From: Mytilus trossulus
Taxonomy: Eukaryota
Direction: 5' to 3'
NCBI RefSeq assembly: GCF_036588685.1
Contig: NC_086379.1
Coordinates: 74,710,001 to 74,774,000, forward strand
DNA length: 64,000 nt
The notes under the pieces are model-generated. The model was not told the DNA's origin and did not search any database. It was given only the letters and a program-made list of their open reading frames with translations. Of the stretch, positions 56,301 to 62,625 are shown one piece after another. Numbering within the stretch: position 1 is the stretch's first letter; every line of letters starts with the position of its first letter. The position numbers and the translations under genes are program-made.

Positions 56301-59300
56301 ATTTTGAAGAATGGTTGGAACTGGATTGTTTTCTGTTTCATGAGGTCCAACCGATCAATAAACATGTTGAATGGACCATGAAATGAAATCTAGTTTGCTT
56401 GAAGATCAGATTTGAATATCAAACTTTTGAAAAGACTAAAACTGCATGAAAAATTTCTAGACCCTTGCTTTAGACCATGATAAAAAAAGCTTTGACCTTG
56501 TTCCTTGAATCGTAACAACAATAGCTGTCATTGCTGTTATAAAGCACTGCACTTAAAATGGTCAATTTGATTTAAAATAAACATACTTTTACACTGTGTT
56601 TGGTTGACAGCACCACGTATCTCTGTTTCTGTATTAACTGGACATTTTTCACAAGTTGTACTGTTGACAAAATATGTGTCTAATGGACATGGTTTACATG
56701 GGGGAAATCCACTCGAGGAATAGTGTCCTGAACTACAGGATAAAACTGGAAAGAAATAATCAGATAATAATTAGTCTTCTTGAGTCATTTAAAATATATC
56801 TTAACAAAGAAATGGCCTGTCTTTCACAATAAACCTATTTCAACTAAAACTGTTGGCAAGTATACTGGATTGTTCATGGCTAACAATCAATCTAAGTTGT
56901 TAAATTTTGGTTAAATGCAAGTCATGAGTTTCAGAAGCTTTTTTCACATTCAAATTTGAGTAAAACTATTTAACATATTGAATCATTAATAATCTGTTAA
57001 CCAACTCATTAAGAAAATATTAGCTTTCAAGACAGTAAAAACATATGTAAAGGCAATACCTGTACAAGATGCAGGAAAAACATTTCCTTTAGTATATGAA
57101 GTAGTACCAGTAGGACAGCTAATACATGTAGGAACTTCAGTCCAACTATTATAGGTTCCCACTGGGCACAAATCACAAGTGTCTTGGTCTGTTATGTAAG
57201 TTCCTTCTGGACAGGCCACTGAAAACAAGAGTGGACACAAAAAACATACAAATGTCTCATCTCCTTATTCTACTGATTTTCTATATATTACCTATTTCAA
57301 ACAGTTACAATACCATTATAAATTTTTATCAAAATTAACAAATATTCAGTATTTGCTATAAAGAAGAGATTTTTAGGGAGCCTGACAATATACCTATAAA
57401 AATGTTCAAGATTCAGAAACAGCATAAAATAAGCATATCAAATTTATACAATGAATTTAAAATAATATTTTTAATGTTTTAGGGATACCTTATAATTTTT
57501 CCTTTAAAAAATATATAACTTTGTCCTGTTAAAGGGGCACTAGCTGTCAATTTCATGTTCACAGTTTTGACCAATATACTCATATTTGAATTATAACATA
57601 CATGTGATTCTACCGGCGGGAGTCAAAATCTCCCGTTTTTAAGACCCTCTTCTGTCCCTCCCGTTAAAATTTGAAATCTTCCGCTGTTTTTAAATGTCAA
57701 CCTCGAAAAATTTTCAGTAGAAATTTTTGTTTACCAAATTGATACTGTGAGGGAAAAAGTCCGAGAAACTCGAAATTGATATCGGAAAAGTCCGAGAAAA
57801 ACGGAAGTTTCCTTTACCTGTTTTGATGTCAAAAGGTAAATAGCCTCGAGTTATCTATTAAAGGATTAGACGGTATATACAGCAATAAAAGAGTATTGGC
57901 AATTACCTGGTGATCAACTAGCAAGTTTAAGATACATGCCTGGATGATTAAAAGTGAAATTCTGACAATGGATTAATTAAAGTTGTATAAACAACGACTT
58001 TTTTTGTGATGCTGTTAAAAACATTGAAGAGTTATATTACTTAACCTCAAGACAAATATCTTAATGAACTCAAATATGATATGTATGCCTACTACACTTG
58101 TTGCAAAGCTGACTATGGTGACCCTTATGACTTGACCAAACATATGGAGACAGAAAACCCACCAGAAAGCTCACAACTCTATCAATTCTACACCACAGTT
58201 CAGTTAGTGGTACCAAAATTGACAATGAAGCATAAGCAGAGATACTTTTTACCAATTATATATGATGGCTGATCACTTTTTCTTGAACTATATATATGAT
58301 AAATAAATATTTAAAAACCCCTTATCTACTATTTCTATCAAGTAAAAATGGCTGTGGAGTCATAGAATCATTAACAAAAAAGGAAAATATTCAGTTTAAA
58401 CACCAAAAAACCATTGCGTACGTTGATAAAAATGTCGATAAAAAAACTCCAGTTATGAGGCCCAAACTCCAGCTGAAAATTCCCAAATCTCCAGTTGTGA
58501 CATGACAACCCTGTCACATGTCTGTTATAACAACGTAAACATTTATGCAAATTATTAAAAGTCTTAATTATTTACCTTTGTTTCACTTTCAATGTTAACA
58601 TTCTTTTCCTTTAAATGACTGATTCATGCGTTATCTATTTCTAGCTAAGAGTTCAAATTGAAGTTCACATGATTATGGATTCAATGCGGTTGAATTATTT
58701 ACTTGCAAGTGAATAATTAATCTTCAATATTTCTTAGCTTATTTTGTCAAAAGTGAACCATACTTGTTGCTAAAAACAAATAATTATTTCACTATTTCAC
58801 TTTCAGTAATGATTGAACAAAAAATATCCTATTTTAGATGTTTTATAACCCTCGTAGCTAGTGCCCCATTAACATATGATTTCTCTGTATTGGCATTTTA
58901 TATTGACAAACTTACAGCAAAAGTCCTTTCCGCCAATATCGCCATACTTTCTACTGCCATTACAAGTAGATACTTGAGTGAAACTTAGTGAACTCCAATT
59001 GCTTTCAGCGCTGATATTTGGACATCCTGCCAAATCGGTAATGGTACCAATAGAAGAATTCACTAAGTGAACCTCAGTAAGGTTTGCACACATCTTATAT
59101 TGCTCTGTTGTGAAACCTGCAGGTCCTATGGTCATAGTAAACTTGACCATCAACTGAAATGTATCTTGCAAATTCATATTGGGCAATTTCTTCAGATTAC
59201 TTCACTCAATCTTACTAAAATCATAGTAAATTATGAATTAAACATGAAATAAAAGTCACTTCTAATAAGGGACAATTTTACATTAATCAAGGTGCATGAC

Positions 59301-61677
59301 ATAAAAATGATGAAAGTTTATCCACCCAAATCACATGTTTGGTGGTATTAAGCATTGTGTATAAGTTGGTTGTTGCAAATAATAGAATACAGGAACAGAA
59401 AATTTGTCAATATGCCAAATTTTCCATCAATAAAGGAACAAAATAATTAATGGAACAAAATTGAAGACTTGTAAAGCCCCCTTATTCCTACTTGACCTGT
59501 GTTTGGTAGTAATAAGCATTGTGTATAAGTTTCAACACGAGTAACCTGGCAATTATACCATGTTGACAATTAATCAAATTCTTGAAGGTCGTATGTTGAC
59601 CTCTTCATTTATTTGGATGCTGTCTAGTTCATGTTTACTCCCCATGGTATAAATAATGTTAGTACCTACACTACCTCAGGACTGATAGTAACATACCTCA
59701 TCACTAGTTATGTTTACGGATGAGGAAGCTATAGATAATTCCACCACCATAGTTGGAAATGATGCAGTACATGCATTCTGGATATCACCCAGAGGTGAAG
59801 GAATTAAAGCCTCAATTGCATTCTGGTAATCAGATGTACAATTGTCTGTTATATTGGAAACTGCATTGTAGGTCATATCAAAAGTCTGAATGAAGTTTGC
59901 CTGAATATAACCTAAAACAGAAAATATGTTTGTATGATCTCTAAATTTAAGACTTGCCTTTCTAAATCTCTAATACTTATCCACCCTAAAACAGAGTCTC
60001 ACCTTTTTGTTATATTGATAATAAAATGCAAATGTATAAATTCAAATAACAATAAACTAAAATGCAAAATATTCAAAGTTAATGAACCATAACTGAAGCA
60101 CAGGGGTCAGGGCCAAATAATCTGCACAGAAATGAGATGTACCAAGGCTAATACAACTGCATACCAAATATTATTGACCAACCTCTCCTGGTTCCTAAAC
60201 TGATCTTATTAGAAATCATTACATTGTTGCATCAGCCAACACTAGAAATAGAATGCCTATGTCTTGCTTTAAAGATGGGACAAAAACTTAAGGACTCAAT
60301 AAACAAAGACTTTGACCAACTATTTTTAAAAACAATTTCATTATGTCAAGCACAAGTTTAATATTTTAGATTTTTAAATTCTCTTATTAGTTTTCCTTTT
60401 AAATACATCAACTTTTTGGTAAATATAAAAGGGTGAAAAAAATTAGATATTTTTTTATGCATTCTTAATTTGTTTTGATTCAATGTCACTGATAACATCT
60501 AACTAGAGGCTCTAAAGAGCCTGTGTCGCTCACCTTGGTCTATGTGAATATTTAACAAAGGAAGCAGATGGATTCATGACAAAATTGTGTTTTGGTGATG
60601 GTGATGTGTTTGTATATCTTACTTTACTAAACAGTCTTGCTGCTTACAATTATCTCTATCTATAATGAACTTGGCCCAGTAGTTTCAGTGGAAAATGTTA
60701 CTAAAAATTTACAAATGTTATGAAAATTGTTAAAAATTTACTATAAAGGACAATAACTCCTTAGGGGGTCAATTGACCATTTCCTTCATTTGACTTATTT
60801 GTAAATCTTACTTTGCTGAACATTATTGCTGTTTACAGTTTATCTCTATCTATAATAATATTCAAGATAATAACCAAATACAGCAAAATTTCCTTAAAAT
60901 TACCAATTCAGGGGCAGCAACCCAACAACGGAATGTCCGATTCATCTGAAAATTTCAGGTCAGATAGATCTTGACCTGATAAACAGTTTAAACTCTGTCA
61001 GATTTGCTCTAAATGCTTTGGTTTTTGAGTTATAAGCCAAAAACTGCATTTTACCCCTATGTTCTATTTTTAGCCATGGCGGCCATCTTGGTTGGTTGGC
61101 TGGGTCACTGGACACATTTTTCAAACTAGATACCCCAATGATGAATGTGGCCAAGTTTGGTTTAATTTGGCACAGTAGTTTCAGAGGAGACGATTTTTGT
61201 AAAAGTTAACAACGACGACGGACGACAGACGACGGACGACGGACGCAAAGTGATGGGAAAAGCTCACTTGGCCCTTTGGGCCAGGTGAGCTAAAAAAAAA
61301 ATAATTGCCAATTGTTTTATAACATCAGAGGAATGAGAATATTGAATGTATTTAAAATGTAATATCATTTATTTATTTTTTCACTATATAGGAAATCAAG
61401 ATGTAATAATAGTAAAGAATAACCCTGTCACTCAAGTATATCAGTTGTATATTATCCTTACCTTGTGTACAAGCAGATATGATTGGACGATTCCAGTCAC
61501 CACCCTTATCACATTCCATGGAAACTACACTCTTGTCGGGGCAGTCATACACATAATACCCTGAGTCACATGTTATGGTACAGACATAGCCAGTGTTTCC
61601 TATCAATCCTTTCTTTGGAGTACAAGTTTTACTACCATGCTGTGGGGTTGGTAGGTAATATGGTGAACAAGTTGATA
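2181..61677 (-). CDS. Partial multi-exon gene (39 exons, ~2173 aa in window, open at both ends) encoding an SVEP1/Uninflatable-like sushi/EGF/pentraxin/HYR/ephrin-receptor-like mosaic extracellular protein
   Basis: Manually chained GT-AG exons with compatible phases and no in-frame stops; domains recognised from Cys spacing and motifs. Orthology not established. Confidence 0.9.
3125..3292 (-). CDS. Exon: ephrin-receptor-like repeat (YK type)
   Basis: 168 nt; YCDPGYE...[13 protein letters not shown]; donor GTTTGT. Confidence 0.87.
3823..3866 (+). ncRNA. Degenerate type I hammerhead ribozyme within a retrozyme-like fragment (~3725-3888)
   Basis: GTGTCA-CTGATGA-GTCT(TATGT)AGAT-GAAAC-GCGC-ATC-TGGCGT: core boxes and stems I/II recognisable, with CpG-type decay. 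Confidence 0.72.
4224..4385 (-). CDS. Exon: ephrin-receptor-like repeat (YQ type)
   Basis: 162 nt; KCMPGSK...[18 protein letters not shown] (frame not in ORF track). Confidence 0.9.
4776..4943 (-). CDS. Exon: ephrin-receptor-like repeat (YK type)
   Basis: 168 nt; YCPPGQE...[13 protein letters not shown]. Confidence 0.9.
   Translation of the reverse strand: MTVPLDKRDIQMLYVMTVVLVSINIIMIITSCLVQLVLMTTQHLGQNLLLYHNVL
5171..5332 (-). CDS. Exon: ephrin-receptor-like repeat (YQ type)
   Basis: 162 nt; NCPPGYS...[10 protein letters not shown]. Confidence 0.9.
5693..5857 (-). CDS. Exon: ephrin-receptor-like repeat (FK type)
   Basis: 165 nt; FCPSGYE...[12 protein letters not shown]. Confidence 0.9.
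6366..6540 (+). pseudogene. THAP zinc-finger remnant (transposase N-terminus)
   Basis: MTCQAYRC...[16 protein letters not shown]...KVCADHFE with a +1 frameshift in the A8 run at 6440-6447; C-x4-C...FP...W...C-x2-HF. Confidence 0.82.
8975..9575 (-). pseudogene. KolX / P2X7-ballast (Nanor/ZCD)-like gene, disrupted
   Basis: [15 protein letters not shown]....[18 protein letters not shown]...[22 protein letters not shown]...YEGFK; premature TAA at 9531-33 and +1 frameshift near 9230 joining two ORF-track fragments. Confidence 0.88.
11144..11305 (-). CDS. Exon: ephrin-receptor-like repeat (YQ type)
   Basis: 162 nt; CEAGYK...[18 protein letters not shown]. Confidence 0.9.
11553..11708 (-). CDS. 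Exon: ephrin-receptor-like repeat (YK type)
   Basis: 156 nt; CLPGKQ...[11 protein letters not shown]. Confidence 0.9.
12223..12840. mobile_element. MITE, Kolobok-type (TTAA TSD, GG...CC termini)
   Basis: Perfect 17-bp TIR GGGCATACGATACAGTT; TTAA on both sides. Confidence 0.88.
12881..13042 (-). CDS. Exon: ephrin-receptor-like repeat (YQ type)
   Basis: 162 nt; CPAGQRY...[18 protein letters not shown]. Confidence 0.9.
13297..13458 (-). CDS. Exon: ephrin-receptor-like repeat
   Basis: 162 nt phase 1-1; KCGPGTF...CESCPIGTY. Confidence 0.9.
13621..13880. mobile_element. Truncated copy of the 20866 element
   Basis: Near-identical start AACAAGAGTGCACAGGCTGAAATGTCTCG and core repeat. Confidence 0.75.
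14100..14196 (-). CDS. Exon: spacer end / start of Cys repeat
   Basis: 97 nt phase 0-1; SPIPGGELD...[12 protein letters not shown]. Confidence 0.8.
14465..14854 (+). mobile_element. Probable 3' end of a non-LTR retrotransposon
   Basis: T/G-rich UTR-like tract, AATAAA near 14824, then a (TACTT)n tail. Confidence 0.5.
15001..15097 (-). CDS. Exon: spacer continuation
   Basis: 97 nt phase 2-0; KNLKDL...[19 protein letters not shown]; bridges the phases of its neighbours. Confidence 0.75.
15544..15808 (-). CDS. Exon: spacer domain with RRKR furin-type site
   Basis: 265 nt phase 1-2; ...[14 protein letters not shown]... Confidence 0.85.
16358..16468. repeat. Long inverted repeat (hairpin element end)
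   Basis: GATATTTATCCACTCTAGACAGTTAAATTTT / AAATTTAACTGTCGAGAGTGGATAAATATC. Confidence 0.88.
16585..16791 (-). CDS. Exon: sushi-like domain
   Basis: 207 nt phase 1-1; C..IPDPWGG..C...CTIRC...YTCGPSGSW...PPC. Confidence 0.87.
16951..17401. mobile_element. MITE with ATAT flanks
   Basis: TIR GGTCCGAGTACATAGTTAT / ATAACTGTGTACTTGGACC; ATAT duplicated. Confidence 0.8.
17631..17726 (-). CDS. Exon: HYR domain part 2
   Basis: 96 nt phase 1-1; [32 protein letters not shown]. Confidence 0.88.
18290..18427 (-). CDS. Exon: HYR domain part 1
   Basis: 138 nt phase 1-1; [11 protein letters not shown]...VSWTEP. Confidence 0.88.
18903..19022 (-). repeat. 41-bp x3 tandem copy of exon end + donor
   Basis: CCTACC at 18911, 18952 and 18993. 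Confidence 0.95.
18998..19269 (-). CDS. Exon: pentraxin/LamG part 3
   Basis: 272 nt phase 2-1; IVIGD...[15 protein letters not shown]. Confidence 0.9.
19362..19487. repeat. Long inverted repeat within a 16-bp direct-repeat-flanked insert
   Basis: ~60-bp arms; flanking CTAATCGGTGAAACTA at 19343 and 19607. Confidence 0.88.
19857..20519. mobile_element. HINE-type element with ~190-bp internal repeats
   Basis: Internal repeats, (GAC)n tract, terminal hairpin ending AGGCTCGAC + A-run; truncated relative at ~24007-24265. Confidence 0.72.
20866..21963. mobile_element. HINE-type element with ~150-bp internal repeats (GAACCATGAAAATGAGGTCAAGGTCA)
   Basis: AACAAGAGTGCAC start, tandem core repeats, (GCC)n tract, terminal hairpin GTCGAGC...GCTCGAC; truncated copy at 13621-13880. 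Confidence 0.78.
22056..22292 (-). CDS. Exon: pentraxin/LamG part 2
   Basis: 237 nt phase 2-2; [14 protein letters not shown]. Confidence 0.9.
22410..23377. mobile_element. hAT-type non-autonomous element
   Basis: TIR CAAGGCTTTCAAAA / TTTTGGAAGCCCTG; perfect 8-bp TSD TTCTGATC. Confidence 0.88.
23782..23947 (-). CDS. Exon: pentraxin/LamG domain part 1
   Basis: 166 nt phase 1-2; NYDLLF...ITISMWVKF. Confidence 0.88.
25116..25322. mobile_element. MITE with TA TSD, at the distal edge of the 108-bp array
   Basis: TIR CTGTGGATTCATT / AATGAATCCACAG; TA duplicated; a related copy at ~19712-20596 is split by the 19857 element. Confidence 0.85.
25325..27255 (-). repeat. 108-bp tandem array (18 units) of EGF exon 3' end + splice donor + intron start
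   Basis: Period 108 (36 codons) from donor spacing; one unit has a 2-nt deletion near 25672. Confidence 0.97.
27183..27323 (-). CDS. Exon: EGF-like; its 3' half and donor are the source of the 108-bp array
   Basis: 141 nt phase 1-1; [13 protein letters not shown]...[14 protein letters not shown]. Confidence 0.9.
27904..28026 (-). CDS. Exon: EGF-like (uses a GTTAGT donor)
   Basis: 123 nt phase 1-1; YTGKGC...CKNGGTC. Confidence 0.88.
28583..28707 (-). CDS. Exon: EGF-like
   Basis: 125 nt phase 2-1; [10 protein letters not shown]...CINEGKC. Confidence 0.88.
29303..29499 (-). CDS. Exon: EGF-like x2
   Basis: 197 nt phase 0-2; [17 protein letters not shown]. Confidence 0.9.
30000..30127 (-). CDS. 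Exon: EGF-like
   Basis: 128 nt phase 1-0; [33 protein letters not shown]. Confidence 0.9.
30156..30822. mobile_element. Degenerate Tc1/mariner-type MITE
   Basis: TA|CAGCAAAACCTGTATAAACCC with an imperfect inverted partner GGGTTTAGTCAGGTTTGACT. Confidence 0.5.
30846..32304. mobile_element. TIR element with 5-bp TSD (hAT5-like)
   Basis: Perfect 15-bp TIR CAGGGATCTCCATGG; TTATT duplicated; sub-terminal CGCCATCG repeats at 30880-30975. Confidence 0.82.
32319..32453. repeat. Long inverted repeat (hairpin element end)
   Basis: AATGCTTCTTTTTGTAAC...AAAAGCGTTGAC / GTCAACGCTTTT...GTTACAAAAAGAAGCATT. Confidence 0.88.
32901..33143 (-). CDS. Exon: two EGF-like domains
   Basis: 243 nt phase 1-1; SPCQNGATC...CEHNIDDC. 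Confidence 0.92.
33487..33682 (-). CDS. Exon: WxxW domain, C-part
   Basis: 196 nt phase 0-1; C...P..AECR...GLKC...[10 protein letters not shown]. Confidence 0.85.
34040..34125 (-). CDS. Exon: WxxW (mucin CysD/CILP-type) domain, N-part
   Basis: 86 nt phase 1-0; [12 protein letters not shown]...GDKE. Confidence 0.82.
34158..34870. repeat. Degenerate ~22-23-bp minisatellite
   Basis: Variants of TTCTCTGAAGGACATTTTGGAAG / TTCTCTGAAAAACATTTTGAAA. Confidence 0.9.
35070..35324 (-). CDS. Exon: PAN/apple domain
   Basis: 255 nt phase 1-1; ECRSTC...CQGFVY...CYIF...YDFYVHRC. Confidence 0.85.
35915..36203 (+). mobile_element. Hairpin-plus-tail interspersed element
   Basis: Hairpin 35916-36069 plus tail; second copy in opposite orientation at 45481-45765. 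Confidence 0.8.
36408..36611 (-). CDS. Exon: Ca-binding EGF plus most of next EGF
   Basis: 204 nt phase 1-1; [24 protein letters not shown]...[11 protein letters not shown]. Confidence 0.9.
37121..37254 (-). CDS. Exon: EGF-like
   Basis: 134 nt phase 2-1; [12 protein letters not shown]...[16 protein letters not shown]. Confidence 0.9.
37742..37874 (-). CDS. Exon: EGF-like
   Basis: 133 nt phase 1-2; TSGERCE...[18 protein letters not shown]. Confidence 0.9.
38435..38548 (-). CDS. Exon: EGF-like
   Basis: 114 nt phase 1-1; [24 protein letters not shown]. Confidence 0.9.
39672..43614 (+). mobile_element. Full-length piggyBac DNA transposon
   Basis: TTAA at 39668-71 and 43615-18; termini CCCTTTC.../...GAAAGTG; sub-terminal direct repeats at 39684-39770; contains transposase ORF; interrupts a repeat whose uninterrupted copy is at 60501. 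Confidence 0.95.
40897..42693 (+). CDS. piggyBac transposase (PGBD4-like), 598 aa, intact
   Basis: Acidic N-terminus; DDD motifs [20 protein letters not shown]; KPTKWGIK; C-terminal Cys-rich CHVC...CIEC...C...CF..YH. Confidence 0.97.
   Translation: MSDSSDEEFFGFEADEIQQAAQRYEQLLIDQGIGDDFEFYSSGNESEDSETEPIDDTIPIYNINDQVVPDIDNVGNNWHNNFDIYERGLPHLFQPRGPDGRATGPATILAADKGPIDFFKLFLNDILFEHIINETERYANQQITENPDGNKSAWSKPSLTEIKAFIGLCFLMGIDVKPETKLYWSTDPCMESPIFGKTMPRNRFMQIMRYLHFSNNHNAQQPGHPSYDVLYKIRNILNMFNTSMKREFVPSRQVSIDECMIPFKGRVKFKQYMPAKPTKWGIKIWALADSNTGYICYTDVYTGKTDRPQGQLGEHVVKKCIEGADIGGQGYHVYVDNFFSSPKLFQTLFDNYQTAACGTVRKNRSGLPADFMLKLPVGIKTRGDVQFFQRKAISGVLWKDKKIVTAISTIHDHSMSEVQRLVQVDGQFNKADIPCPKIIVDYTKYMGGVDRADQYIQYYCFNHKTQKWYKRVFFKFLEILKYNAYRLFLLSPNHQTVGNSPAMTFLQFSRQITSSLIDGYCGISNKGRQAAAPVPSRLTERHMPNIVGNKSWCHVCWAKVAAGKQEKRRQTMYGCIECGKHFCLPECFTAYHTKSKYC
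44933..45016 (-). CDS. Exon: EGF-like
   Basis: 84 nt phase 1-1; [25 protein letters not shown]. Confidence 0.88.
45481..45765 (-). mobile_element. Second copy of the hairpin-plus-tail element
   Basis: Reverse-complement match to 35915-36203. Confidence 0.8.
46133..46303 (-). CDS. Exon: ephrin-receptor-like repeat
   Basis: 171 nt phase 1-1; [25 protein letters not shown]. Confidence 0.9.
46463..56201. repeat. 50-bp satellite, ~195 copies, ~9.7 kb, intronic
   Basis: Consensus ATAGCAGTGTCAAATATCTCAATAGTTTTAGCCTTCAGTGTTTTATGATC. Confidence 0.98.
56587..56745 (-). CDS. Exon: ephrin-receptor-like repeat
   Basis: 159 nt phase 1-1; [23 protein letters not shown]...CEKCP (not in ORF track). Confidence 0.9.
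57060..57218 (-). CDS. Exon: ephrin-receptor-like (GCC2/GCC3) Cys repeat
   Basis: 159 nt phase 1-1; ACPEGTY...[10 protein letters not shown]...[10 protein letters not shown]. Confidence 0.9.
57533..58868. mobile_element. MITE, Kolobok-type, carrying a nested insertion
   Basis: TIR AGGGGCACTAGCT / AGCTAGTGCCCCA; TTAA on both sides. Confidence 0.82.
57597..58524 (+). mobile_element. Nested hAT-like element with a degenerate zinc-finger-like remnant
   Basis: TIR CATACATGTGA / TCACATGTCTG, flanked by TTATAA; ORF 58081-58272 [10 protein letters not shown]...DLTKHMET resembles transposase N-terminal fingers. Confidence 0.6.
58916..59153 (-). CDS. Exon: spacer part 2 leading into first ephrin-receptor-like repeat
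   Basis: TTTCAG|...|GTAAGT, 238 nt, phase 0-1; [11 protein letters not shown]...GGKDFC. Confidence 0.8.
59697..59911 (-). CDS. Exon: non-Cys-rich (SEA-like) spacer, part 1
   Basis: TTTTAG|...|GTATGT, 215 nt, phase 1-0; [18 protein letters not shown]...VNITSDE. Confidence 0.8.
60501..61291. mobile_element. Uninterrupted copy of the same HINE-type element
   Basis: High similarity to 39618-39671 + 43615-44783; microsatellite and terminal palindrome. Confidence 0.82.
61462..61677 (-). CDS. Exon (first in window): sushi/CCP domain
   Basis: TTTGTAG|...|GTAAGG, 216 nt, phase 1-1; [18 protein letters not shown]...CTITCDSGY...CDKGGDW...C. Confidence 0.88.
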
Positions 61678-62159
61678 CTACAAATAATAAAAAAAACAAT
61701 ACGTTTGCATTAATATAATCACATAAAACTACCTAAAACTGAAGCTAAAATTTAACAATGAATCAAAATCACACAATCTTTGGACCTTTAATCAGAGACA
61801 TATAATACAAGAGATTGGCAACTCGTAGTAGAGTCTATATAACGGCCAATGAAATCACTTGGCCACCGGAAGTGCTTGGGATTATGATGTGACCTGGGAT
61901 GAAGGAGGATCGAGATGAGAAAATTCCGCCATTGTTGTAAAGAGAGACGATACCCTTACAGATTTGTTTTCTCGTTTATGTCAATTGCTTTCACAACTAA
62001 AGCATGTAAGTATATTCAAAAGATACATCTAACTAGTTCCACCGATTTGTTTATACTATAATGTGCTTAGATGATGATAATAATCCAATGCAGACCTATT
62101 TAAATTCGGTCCATTCAGCTTCCCCTCTTTCAATGCTGTAGAACCGGTGTGGCCCACCA

Positions 62160-62625
62160 TTTTATTTTCATAAAACTTAGAAACTTACGATAATATATGC
62201 AATGTTATAGTGTTATTCTACTCCCGATTCTTATCCCGTTAAAATGATACTATTTTCGTTTATTTGATCAAATAGTGTTTTCATAAAATACCATCAAAGG
62301 TGATTTATTTATTTTTCACATTAATACTCAAATCCAGCTATGCGAGAACTACCTTTTTTTCATAAAACTTAGAAACTTACGATTATAAATGCAATTCCAT
62401 AGTGTTATTCTTTTCCTGATTGATATCTTGTTAAAATGATACTATTTTCGTATACTTTGATTAAATAGTGTTTTCATAAAATACCATCAAAGGTGATTTA
62501 TTTTGTTCACATTGAGACCCAAACCCGGCTATGCGGGACTTACCTTTTTTCATAAAACTTAGAAATTATAGAATAAATATGCATTTTAATGAGCCTGTAT
62601 TTATTCCAAATGTTTTCTTGTTAAA
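62160..62625. repeat. ~190-bp x2.5 tandem repeat inside a probable transposon end (~61810 onward)
   Basis: TTTTCATAAAACTTAGAAA near 62165, 62357 and 62547. Confidence 0.8.

Noticed and set aside
56223-56400. Possible extra exon ending at AG|GTGAGA beside the satellite
   Set aside because: The longest open frame stops just before the donor, there is no domain signature, and the flanking exons join in phase without it.
2181-61677. Assigning the symbol SVEP1 or uif
   Set aside because: The architecture is similar but differs (PAN, WxxW, long C-terminal repeat array) and both termini are missing, so orthology is unproven.
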